Positions 1 to 8,079 of a stretch of 64,000 nucleotides of DNA are shown piece after piece (within the stretch, counting starts at the first letter, position 1; every line of letters begins with the position of its first letter). The notes beneath the pieces are model-generated. The model worked only from the letters and a program-made list of their open reading frames with translations, did not search any database and was not told the DNA's origin. Location: positions 307,071 to 371,070 of the forward strand of contig JBJHDA010000001.1 in assembly GCA_050486305.1 (NCBI GenBank), given 5' to 3'. Position numbers and translations under genes: made by a program. This stretch comes from Candidatus Saccharimonadota bacterium. Lineage in GTDB: Bacteria > Patescibacteriota > Saccharimonadia > Saccharimonadales > SLHW01.

Positions 1-627
1 GGTCGTATTGCCTTTGGCCCGGATGGTTATCTGTACGTGACGACCGGCGACGCAAGCGAGCCGAATCTTTCGCAAGACAGGGATTCATTAGCCGGCAAGA
101 TACTGCGGTTGACTGATGACGGCGGAGTTCCGGATGATAATCCGTTTGGTACCGCCGTGTATTCATACGGGCACCGTAACCCGCAAGGGCTGGCATGGGA
201 TGATGAAGACCGTCTGTGGCAGACAGAGCATGGCCCCAGAGCGCAAGACGAGCTTAACCTGATAAGACCTGGCAATAACTACGGCTGGCCAGTTGTAGAA
301 GGCGATGGCACGGCAGAGGGCATGACGCCTCCAGTTGAGCACTCTGGTACAGATGAAACGTGGGCGCCTTCCGGCATGGCGTATTATGATGGCTCTCTGT
401 TTTTTGCAGGGTTACGAGGGGAGAGCCTTTATGAGGCGGTGATACAAGAAGATGAGTCAGTAAATATCAGAGTACATTTTAGTGAAGATTACGGCCGTTT
501 GCGCACGGTTGTCGTTGGTCCGGACGGGCATTTGTATATTGCGACGTCAAATACAGACGGTCGCGGTACGGAACGGGATAATGACGATAAGGTTATACGC
601 GTAAACCCGGAGATATTCCGTAATTGA
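1..627 (+). CDS. PQQ-dependent soluble sugar (aldose/sorbosone) dehydrogenase, beta-propeller; 5' end lies outside the window
   Basis: Frame 1 is open from nt 1 (GRIAFGPDGYLYVTTGD...). The motifs HGHRNPQGLAWD and NNYGWP are typical of the YliI-like family. Confidence 0.8.
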   Translation, partial: GRIAFGPDGYLYVTTGDASEPNLSQDRDSLAGKILRLTDDGGVPDDNPFGTAVYSYGHRNPQGLAWDDEDRLWQTEHGPRAQDELNLIRPGNNYGWPVVEGDGTAEGMTPPVEHSGTDETWAPSGMAYYDGSLFFAGLRGESLYEAVIQEDESVNIRVHFSEDYGRLRTVVVGPDGHLYIATSNTDGRGTERDNDDKVIRVNPEIFRN

Positions 628-725
628 TGCGTGAATTAAGTAACTACGATTGTAAAGTTAAGTTTTTATAAAGTTTCGCCTCATGAGCGACATACTTTTA
701 CCTCCAGCTGCAAAAGTATGCAAAA

Positions 726-909
726 GAGCCGCAGGCGGCACCAAAACAAAGATTGAACCCATGTACCACCATGCAGCCGCGCTTACTCAACTCCCTTTGG
801 TCGGTTTTTGCTCTTTCTTATTTTAAGTTGGAGCAAAAACAAAGGAGCTCGCTTGATTCGACTGCACGCTGACTGGGTTCATCTGTTTTGGTGAGCCTGG
901 GAGGGCTCA
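726..909. ncRNA. Candidate structured ncRNA: ~184-nt extended imperfect hairpin with 6S-like architecture. A MITE-like palindromic element is the alternative.
   Basis: About 56 hand-paired bp: a 30-bp closing stem, an open central region, and a 17-bp apical stem with a 17-nt loop. The region has no ORF of 60 aa or more. Confidence 0.35.
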
Positions 910-952
910 TTGGATCGGTTGCTACTCTTACCTGGTTGCTGATTGCTATTTT

Positions 953-982
953 CTGAATGCACCAGTCGATTGGTGCATTCAG
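953..982. terminator. Perfect 12-bp stem with a 6-nt loop (CTGAATGCACCA/TGGTGCATTCAG)
   Basis: Inverted repeat read directly from the sequence. It lies between convergent genes and has only a weak T tract on the + strand. Confidence 0.35.
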
Positions 983-989
983 TGAAATT

Positions 990-1017
990 TAAAAGACCGC
1001 CCTTTCTTGAGCGGTCT
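990..1017 (-). terminator. Intrinsic terminator of the beta-helix protein gene
   Basis: AGACCGC/GCGGTCT 7-bp stem followed by TTTT on the minus strand, 21 nt after the stop at 1038. Confidence 0.5.
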
Positions 1018-1037
1018 TTGTAGTGTTTATGCGTTTA

Positions 1038-2069
1038 CTATTCTTTCGGCGTCACTAGACCTCGAACCATGTTTGTGCCTTCGTCAGCATTTAGCGAATA
1101 TGTGAATCCACTTATCCTGTTACCAGTGAATTTGTTGTTATTTGATTCATCATATACATATACACCGGCTGCGCCGTTGGTGGTAGTCATAGTGTTCCCT
1201 GCTAAGTGGTTGTCATTGCCTGACACTAACGCTCCGTATGCTTTGAATCCAAGACCTGATTCGCTAACTACGTCAGAATTGAGCGTGTTTCCAGTGACAC
1301 GGTTATCGTTTCCGAATACGTACATACCAAATTCATTATCATCGAGTGTGTTATTTACCACCGAGTTACCGGATCCAAATAACATTATTCCTGTCGAAGC
1401 CCAGTTTGACTCTCCGTCCCACCAGTGACCTGCAACAGTATTGTTTCTTAGGTCGACTGTGGCGCCTTGGTCAACCTGGACACCATTTTCTGCCCAGCCA
1501 CTTGTTTTGGCACCTGTGCCTTCAATGACATTGCCGAGCAAGGTCACGTGCGTATTCTCACTTCGTACAAGTACGCCAACACGATGAGCACCAGAGATAG
1601 TAGAATTTTGTACAGTACCTGTAGCTCCATCAAGGTACGCTATGCCGATGAGCTGATGAGGAAAATCCTCTTCAACATTAATACTACTGTTACGAATGTT
1701 TACTTTTGAGCCTAATACGTAAACACCGTACTGCGTTGGCTCTGCTTCTTCTGCTATAGCATTAACTTGGACGTTGCTTAGGTTAATGTCTTCGTTAACA
1801 AATACCCCAATATCACAGGTTACCGTAAAGGCGGATGCTGGAGCCTCATTTATATAGTTCGCTGTCAGGGTTTCGCCGTCCACTTCTACATCTTGACAAA
1901 TTCCCGGCTCGATATCTGCAATGCTAATGTTTCCGTTGCCGCGCGCACTCGCAAATGAAAAAGCACCTACTGCGGCTGTTAAAGCAAAAAGGAGCGCTAT
2001 CGTAAGTAGAGCTAGTTTACTGATACGCTCCTTCATTGCCCCTTGATAATATTTATAACTCATATGCAC
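1038..2069 (-). CDS. Secreted or membrane-anchored right-handed parallel beta-helix repeat protein (pectate-lyase/NosD-like fold)
   Basis: N-terminal hydrophobic anchor (LALLTIALLFALTAAVGAF). Repeated ~22-aa units rich in G-N-x-V/I (NNTVAGH, GNDNRVTGNTL, GNDNHLAGNTM, FTGNRISG). Confidence 0.7.
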   Translation of the reverse strand: MHMSYKYYQGAMKERISKLALLTIALLFALTAAVGAFSFASARGNGNISIADIEPGICQDVEVDGETLTANYINEAPASAFTVTCDIGVFVNEDINLSNVQVNAIAEEAEPTQYGVYVLGSKVNIRNSSINVEEDFPHQLIGIAYLDGATGTVQNSTISGAHRVGVLVRSENTHVTLLGNVIEGTGAKTSGWAENGVQVDQGATVDLRNNTVAGHWWDGESNWASTGIMLFGSGNSVVNNTLDDNEFGMYVFGNDNRVTGNTLNSDVVSESGLGFKAYGALVSGNDNHLAGNTMTTTNGAAGVYVYDESNNNKFTGNRISGFTYSLNADEGTNMVRGLVTPKE

Positions 2070-2302
2070 TCCCCTTTTTTAATAACTGTTTTTCATTATA
2101 CTCCTCCTAGCTAAGCGGAGTGGTAGTTTTCCACAAGCAGGAAAATGTTGCCGGGTAGGCGTATAATAGAGCTTAGTTGTATGGTTCATGAATGAGCACC
2201 CGCTCGCCATCGTCCATAAACTTTATATACGATTCATTTGGCAATCACACTCCGGTCACTGTGCGCCAGCTACAGTTCACTTTATTTATAGATAATTACA
2301 CA

Positions 2303-2330
2303 GGAAATGCTTGCGCCCGCAAGTATTTCC
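2303..2330 (+). promoter_or_regulatory. 28-nt near-perfect palindrome or hairpin (12-bp stem, GCCC loop)
   Basis: GGAAATGCTTGC-GCCC-GCAAGTATTTCC. The single non-Watson-Crick position is a G-U only on the + strand. No U tract follows. Confidence 0.35.
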
Positions 2331-2363
2331 CTTGCCCCTTTATAAAAACCTAAAATAGCTGCC

Positions 2364-2381
2364 TACGCTATATGTAGCGTA
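2364..2381. promoter_or_regulatory. Candidate operator: TACGCTA-N4-TAGCGTA
   Basis: Perfect 7-bp inverted repeat ending 28 nt upstream of the ATG at 2410 in the polymerase operon. Confidence 0.35.
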
Positions 2382-2409
2382 AGCATGCACTCTTGTAAAG
2401 GCTTTGTAT

Positions 2410-2691
2410 ATGGATCCATACGAACTTATAAACGAGCGGGTCGCTGTGGTGGTTACCTACCGCGTGCAGGACTCCCTGTCGGTTTGCTATCCGGTTAAAA
2501 TGCGGTTTCGCAGCCATGACATAACGTTTACCGAACTGGGCTTGCGCCACCCGACGACGAAGGGCAACCGAATGATACACGTGTTTGATATGTCTGACGG
2601 CATCAATGATTACCGCCTGGAGTTTGATGCCGAGGCGCTGACCTGGACGCTAGTTTCAATTCTAGAGGGGGCCAATCGTGCTGCCGCGTGA
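2410..2691 (+). CDS. Small hypothetical protein (93 aa) translationally coupled to the Y-family polymerase
   Basis: ATG at 2410 with AAAGG 8 nt upstream (alternative TTG at 2404). Its 3' end overlaps the polymerase start by 14 nt. I recognise no family. Confidence 0.55.
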   Translation: MDPYELINERVAVVVTYRVQDSLSVCYPVKMRFRSHDITFTELGLRHPTTKGNRMIHVFDMSDGINDYRLEFDAEALTWTLVSILEGANRAAA

Positions 2692-3931
2692 GCTGAGTCG
2701 GGCTAAACCGCAAATCATGCACATAGACCTAAACAGTGCATTTGCTACGACCGAGCAACAAGCCCGCCCTTCTTTGCGCGGTAAGCCGATTGGGGTGACG
2801 AACCGGATTTCAAAATATTGCTGCGTGATTGCCGCCTCGTATGAAGCCAAGGCGCGTGGTGTGCAGGTGGGCATGCGGCTTGACCAAGCAAAACAACTGG
2901 TGCCGGAATTTATTATTCTGGAGACCGACCCGCCGAAGTACCACCACATGTACAAAAAGCTTGGCAGTATTATGAAGGCCTACTCCCCTGCCATAATGAT
3001 GAAAAGTATCGACGAAGGCATTATTGATTTTACCGGTACGGAGGAGCACAACCAGCATAAATCGCTGGAGACAATCGGTTACGAAATAAAGGAACGGGTC
3101 CGCCGAGAGATCGGCAGCTGGATGCGCATAAACATTGGTATCGGGCCGAACCGCTTTTTAGCCAAACAGGCAGCCGGGTGGCACAAGCCGGACGGGCTTG
3201 ATGTGCTGGATTACCAGAATATCCGTGCTTACTACGAGCAGATCGGGCTAACCGACCTGTCCGGTATTGCCAAGCATTATGCAGTACGCCTCCGGGCAGC
3301 CGGCATTCATACACCGCTGCAGTTTTTAGATGCGTCAGCAGATAGGCTGCGGCGTCAGGTGTTTCGTAGTGTCGTGGGCGAGGATTGGCACCAGCGCTTG
3401 CGGGGCTATGAGGTGGATGACCAGCCGACAAAGCTTGGTAGCGTCGGCCGCCAATTCGTGCTAGATATTCGTAGCAATGATGAGGAGGCGCTACTGTCTC
3501 GGTTTCATTACTTGTGCGAAACGACAGCACGTAAACTCCGCTATCGCCGCGTTGACGCCCGTGGCGTGTTGGTTTGGGCGCAGTTGCAGTCTGGTGAAAG
3601 CTGGTATCTGCGTAAAATGTATAAGTCTACGTTCTATACAAATCAGGCGGTGTATCAGCGGGCGCTGGAGCTGTTTAAGCAGCGACCGCGCCATGCTCCG
3701 GTAACCGTGATGGGGATAACCTGTTATCAGCTGACGCCAAGCATGCGGAGCCAGATCAGCCTGCTTGAAGACGTTAATAAAGATGCGTGGGTCACTGAAG
3801 CGATTGATGAAATAAACGAGCGGTATGGCATGTTTACGATTGCCTCGGCTGATGCGCTGGCTGGACATACAAAAGTTAAACAGAAGATTCCGTTTGGCGG
3901 TACGGAGTATTTTCGGCTGCTGCTTGGATGA
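2678..3931 (+). CDS. Y-family (translesion) DNA polymerase, UmuC/DinB-like
   Basis: HIDLNSAFATTEQ...LRGKPIGV and CVIAASYEAKARGV motifs. GTG start preceded by AGAGGGGG. Confidence 0.85.
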   Translation: MLPRELSRAKPQIMHIDLNSAFATTEQQARPSLRGKPIGVTNRISKYCCVIAASYEAKARGVQVGMRLDQAKQLVPEFIILETDPPKYHHMYKKLGSIMKAYSPAIMMKSIDEGIIDFTGTEEHNQHKSLETIGYEIKERVRREIGSWMRINIGIGPNRFLAKQAAGWHKPDGLDVLDYQNIRAYYEQIGLTDLSGIAKHYAVRLRAAGIHTPLQFLDASADRLRRQVFRSVVGEDWHQRLRGYEVDDQPTKLGSVGRQFVLDIRSNDEEALLSRFHYLCETTARKLRYRRVDARGVLVWAQLQSGESWYLRKMYKSTFYTNQAVYQRALELFKQRPRHAPVTVMGITCYQLTPSMRSQISLLEDVNKDAWVTEAIDEINERYGMFTIASADALAGHTKVKQKIPFGGTEYFRLLLG

Positions 3932-3937
3932 TGTTTC

Positions 3938-6190
3938 TTACGGTAAGTTTACGTTGAGAGGGCCGCCGTTGTTAGCTTGGTTGTCGTTCTCTTCTTCTTC
4001 GTCGTCTTCCTCTTCATCATCATCGTCTTCATCATCGTCACCAGGAAGTGGCGGTAATGGGATCTCTTCTTCCTCGTCATCGTCGTCTTCCTCTTCTTCT
4101 TGCTGTCGACGGCGCTCTTCTTCCTCGGCTTGCCGCCGGCGCTCTTCTTCTTCCTCGCGGCGGAGGCGTTCTTCAATATCATCGTCGCTGACTTCTGGTT
4201 CGCAGCGGTTCGGCTGGGTGCCTCGGATAAACGACTCGATATACACGCCGTGCATGTTACATATCTGAACGTTGACGATGGCCCTAGAGTTAGAAAACTC
4301 TTCCCGTTCCATGTCATTTAACATACGTTGCATACTATTTCGCCAGATAGGTCCGGCGGCAGCTGAACCACCGATAGTCATTTCATCATGAGTGTTATTG
4401 CCAACCCAAACACCAACCGATATACCGGGGGTATAGCCAATTGTCCAGGCGTCTTTATTGTCATTAGTAGTACCGGTCTTAACTGCTACATCGTGGCCCG
4501 ACATGTTTAAGCTGCTGCCAAAAGTTGGCGCTCGAGCTGAATCGTCGCTTAAAATTGACGATATCAGATAGGACGCTTCGTGACTTTGCACCCTGTTCGG
4601 GCGTTGATTGTTTTCGTAAATCGAGCGGCCGAACTTGTTATGGATGGTGTGGATCGTGGTCGGGCTGAATGATTCGCCGTTGTTGCCAAATGCAGCATAT
4701 GCGTTGGTCATTTCTAAAAGTTCTGTTTCTGCCGTACCTAGCGCAAGCGCAAGTCCGTACGTTTCAGGAGCGCCATCGATCGAACGAATGCCCATTCGGT
4801 TCGCCGTGTCTATAGTTTCCTGAATACCCAGTTTTCGCAGAACCTCGATAGACGGAATATTAAGCGACTGCGCCAGTGCATGCCGGACTGCAATATCACC
4901 ACGGAAACGAAAATCAAAGTTTTCGGGGCGGTAGTCGCCATATTCTTTACGCTCGTCGCGTATAACGGTAGCTGGAGTAATGAGCTGCTCCTGTAGTGCC
5001 TCTGCGTAATAAATCGGCTTAAAGGTCGAGCCAGGCTGCCTTGGCGTGGTAACCATGTTAACCTGACCGAATTCTTCGTTACGCCAATCGGCGCTGCCAA
5101 CAAGTGCTCGTATCTCTCCGTTCTTCGGATCGAGTGCAACGAGCGAGCTGTTTGTAGCTCCGCTATATGAAATGCCGGCTATGTGATTTTGTAGGGTGGA
5201 TTCAGCTTCTTTTTGCCATTCTAGGTCAATTGTTGTTTGCACGCGAAAGCCTGAACGGGCAATCTCCTCTTCGCCGTACTCCTCGCGAAGCTCGCTCATA
5301 ACCATATCAATAAAATGATGGGCGTAATCCGGCTCGTTGGGCTGTATCTCGGCAAAAGTAAGCTCTTCAGCAAGAATAGTTGCTATCTCTTCCTCTTCTA
5401 GCATGTCGTTCGCATGCATTCGCTCCAGCACTCGTTCTTGCTGTGCTTTTGAGAGGTCAAAGTCACCAGAGACTGGCGAGAATGCACTCGGTGCCGGCAG
5501 CAAACCGATAAGAATCGTTCCTTCGGCGACAGTAAGCTCCTCGGGTGATTTATCAAAATAATTTTCGGCAGCCTGAATAATACCAAATGATGCCTCACCG
5601 AAGTAAACTGAGTTGAGATACATCTCCAATATCTCTTCCTTCTCGTACCGTCGCTCGATTGCGATTGACATGGCAAGTTCTTGATATTTCCGGAGGAACG
5701 TTTGTTTGTCGGTTAGCAAGTTGTTCTTAACGAGCTGCTGGGTAATCGTAGAACCGCCGTAGCGTGTAATATCTCGGTTCATTACGTTTGCATAAAGGGC
5801 TCCGGCAATGTTTCTAGGAGAAAAGCCGCCGTGCTCGTAAAAGTGACGATCTTCGCTTGCAATTAGAGCATCTTGAACGTGCTGTGGAATCTGATCAAGA
5901 CTCGCGTTGCGCTCATCTGAGGAGCGGCCAAAACTGTATATGGTCTCGCCATGCATATCAGTAAGCACCACCCCGGTATTATTGCGGTTCATCAAACGTT
6001 CAGGATCGTTAATATCCCGGACAAAGTACAAATATGTAATAGTTGGTATGACGATCAAAATAATAAGCGCAGTACCGGAAATTACCGCGAATTGCTGCTT
6101 TCGGTTTAAGCTTTTAAACCACCGCCATTTATCCTTCACGAAATCAACCGGCATCTGTATTATTCTGCGTACGTAGTCTCTTTTTTTCAC
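3938..6190 (-). CDS. ponA: Class A penicillin-binding protein (glycosyltransferase + transpeptidase) with a ~95-aa poly-acidic C-terminal tail
   Basis: N-terminal TM helix; GT51 motifs (EDRHFYEHGG, GGSTITQQL, RKYQE); transpeptidase motifs (STFKP, KTGT); tail EEEEERRRQAEEEERRRQQEEEEDDDD. Confidence 0.9.
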   Translation of the reverse strand: MKKRDYVRRIIQMPVDFVKDKWRWFKSLNRKQQFAVISGTALIILIVIPTITYLYFVRDINDPERLMNRNNTGVVLTDMHGETIYSFGRSSDERNASLDQIPQHVQDALIASEDRHFYEHGGFSPRNIAGALYANVMNRDITRYGGSTITQQLVKNNLLTDKQTFLRKYQELAMSIAIERRYEKEEILEMYLNSVYFGEASFGIIQAAENYFDKSPEELTVAEGTILIGLLPAPSAFSPVSGDFDLSKAQQERVLERMHANDMLEEEEIATILAEELTFAEIQPNEPDYAHHFIDMVMSELREEYGEEEIARSGFRVQTTIDLEWQKEAESTLQNHIAGISYSGATNSSLVALDPKNGEIRALVGSADWRNEEFGQVNMVTTPRQPGSTFKPIYYAEALQEQLITPATVIRDERKEYGDYRPENFDFRFRGDIAVRHALAQSLNIPSIEVLRKLGIQETIDTANRMGIRSIDGAPETYGLALALGTAETELLEMTNAYAAFGNNGESFSPTTIHTIHNKFGRSIYENNQRPNRVQSHEASYLISSILSDDSARAPTFGSSLNMSGHDVAVKTGTTNDNKDAWTIGYTPGISVGVWVGNNTHDEMTIGGSAAAGPIWRNSMQRMLNDMEREEFSNSRAIVNVQICNMHGVYIESFIRGTQPNRCEPEVSDDDIEERLRREEEEERRRQAEEEERRRQQEEEEDDDDEEEEIPLPPLPGDDDEDDDDEEEDDEEEENDNQANNGGPLNVNLP

Positions 6191-6338
6191 TTCAAATACC
6201 TCAACTAAGTCTACCGTAAAAACTTAGGTAGTATACATTATTATAGTAGTAAAATACACAAGCTCATATTATGGTTTTCGCGCCAAGCTCCAGTAGTAAA
6301 AACTGTTACAATAGGCGTATAACGGAGTAAAGTGAACA

Positions 6339-6914
6339 ATGACAAAAAAATCGTCGAACCTTACCTATCAGCAATGGCTGCAAAAAAGCTCTCAGCGGGT
6401 CAGTAAAGCATTTCTTGCACTAGGGTTGATATACATCGTTTCAATTATTTTATACGATGCCTTTAACTTGATAACCCCTGATATGCTGCTGGTTCGCTGG
6501 ACTGCCGTAAGTATATTGGTAGCCCTCACTGCTCTACTCTGGTATGCAGCACGACAGCCGTCAAAAAGTGAACAGTTTTACAGCTGGCTGCTAGCTGGGT
6601 ACGTTACGATCGGCGTTCTTTTTGCCAGCTTAAACGTCTATATCCAGCGTGGTATGGCGAGCCGTGCAGTGTTTCTTTACATTATCCCATTAGTCGTGGC
6701 CGCTATGTTATTGCGACGTGCCGCAATTTATACTGTTGCGATTGTTGCCGCTGCCGTTTATTCGCTTACTGCTGTGCTCTATTTTGTGAATAACCCGAGC
6801 GAAGGCTATAAGATTGAACTCTACGGCGAAGTTGGCTTTTATAGCTTACTGTTCTTTGTCGTTGCAGCACTCTTAGGTAGTCTTGTGCGATCCATGAACG
6901 GCGAGGATAATTAG
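6339..6914 (+). CDS. Polytopic membrane protein, unknown function
   Basis: 191 aa with about 5 hydrophobic helices. No family recognised. Confidence 0.6.
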   Translation: MTKKSSNLTYQQWLQKSSQRVSKAFLALGLIYIVSIILYDAFNLITPDMLLVRWTAVSILVALTALLWYAARQPSKSEQFYSWLLAGYVTIGVLFASLNVYIQRGMASRAVFLYIIPLVVAAMLLRRAAIYTVAIVAAAVYSLTAVLYFVNNPSEGYKIELYGEVGFYSLLFFVVAALLGSLVRSMNGEDN

Positions 6915-7100
6915 CACAAGTTGATCGGTTTACCCTTAGAGGCGTAATAAGCTGCTGCAGCTTGACTGGCGCGAAATTATTTCATGAAGCAGCGGACTAC
7001 TTTTTGGCGGCACTTGTAAATAACACAAAAACAATACCCATATAAATTAAGTGATTTTTTTGCGGCTTTGCAACAAAATGTCGTAGTATAGAAGTATCGT

Positions 7101-8039
7101 ATGGCAAAAATAGAAGAAAATAGACTAGTAGATTATATTGAGCCCTTGAACATGAACGGGTTGCGAGGACGTGTTTTAAACGCGCCACCTCGAAAAAAAA
7201 GTGCTAAACGGCAGATTTTATTGATTTATGGTCATCATGCCAGTATTGAGCGTATGCTCGGTTTTGCCGAGGAGCTGACGCGTTATGGCACTGTGACTGT
7301 TCCGGATTTGCCCGGGTTTGGCGGCATGGAGAGCTTTTATAAAATCGGTGTCACCCCCACGATCGATGCCAATGCAGATTATTTAGCAGCTTTTATTAAG
7401 ATGCGATATAAGAACCGGAGAGTTACGATCGCAGCGATGTCTTTTGGCTTCGTGGTTGTTACACGTATGCTTCAGAAATATCCTGAACTTGCCAAAAAGG
7501 TAGATGACCTAATAAGCATTGTGGGGTTTGTCCACCACGAGGACTTTAAGATGAAGTCACGTACAAAGTTTTTGCTCCGAACGGTCGGGCAGATATGCAC
7601 AAATAAAGTACCAGCAATACTAACAAGGTATATTCTTTTGAGTCGTCCGGTTATTTACGCCGCTTACTTGCTTGTCGGCGAGAGGAACGTCAAAATGCGT
7701 GAAGCATCGTTTAAGGAGCGAATGAAGCGGATAGATTTTGAAGTAGAGCTGTGGCAGTCGAACGATGTAAGGACCTATGCCTATACAGGAAAGTCCATGC
7801 TGTCAGTAGACCTGTTTAAGGGGAAATCACAAGTAGATATCGCTGTTACCCACGTTGAAGTTACTGAAGACAGGTACTTTGATAATAGGATCGTCGAACA
7901 GCATTTTGGTGTTATCTTCCGTGATGTGAATGTCTTAACAACAAAACTGAAAGGTCATGCCCCGACGGTTATTGCTACTGCTGAAGATGCTGCTCCGTTT
8001 ATTCCGCGAAAGCTGAGAAGCATCCTCAAGTCGACATAG
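7101..8039 (+). CDS. Alpha/beta-fold hydrolase
   Basis: LLIYGHH oxyanion region and an AMSFG nucleophile elbow (GxSxG variant). Confidence 0.6.
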   Translation: MAKIEENRLVDYIEPLNMNGLRGRVLNAPPRKKSAKRQILLIYGHHASIERMLGFAEELTRYGTVTVPDLPGFGGMESFYKIGVTPTIDANADYLAAFIKMRYKNRRVTIAAMSFGFVVVTRMLQKYPELAKKVDDLISIVGFVHHEDFKMKSRTKFLLRTVGQICTNKVPAILTRYILLSRPVIYAAYLLVGERNVKMREASFKERMKRIDFEVELWQSNDVRTYAYTGKSMLSVDLFKGKSQVDIAVTHVEVTEDRYFDNRIVEQHFGVIFRDVNVLTTKLKGHAPTVIATAEDAAPFIPRKLRSILKST

Positions 8040-8079
8040 CGTAAATAGCTATAGGCTGATAGGCTGATATACTACCTCT

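Noticed and set aside
2258-2276. SOS (LexA) box upstream of the Y-family polymerase
   Set aside because: ACTGT-N9-ACAGT has one extra spacer nucleotide relative to the CTGT-N8-ACAG consensus and lies about 150 nt from the start codon. I keep it only as one of three candidate operators, not as a called LexA site.
3825-4268. 147-aa + strand ORF encoding long poly-Ser/Arg runs
   Set aside because: It is the antisense shadow of the GAA/GAG-rich acidic tail of the PBP gene. It has no ribosome-binding site, and its low complexity comes purely from the complement of the poly-Glu/Asp codons.
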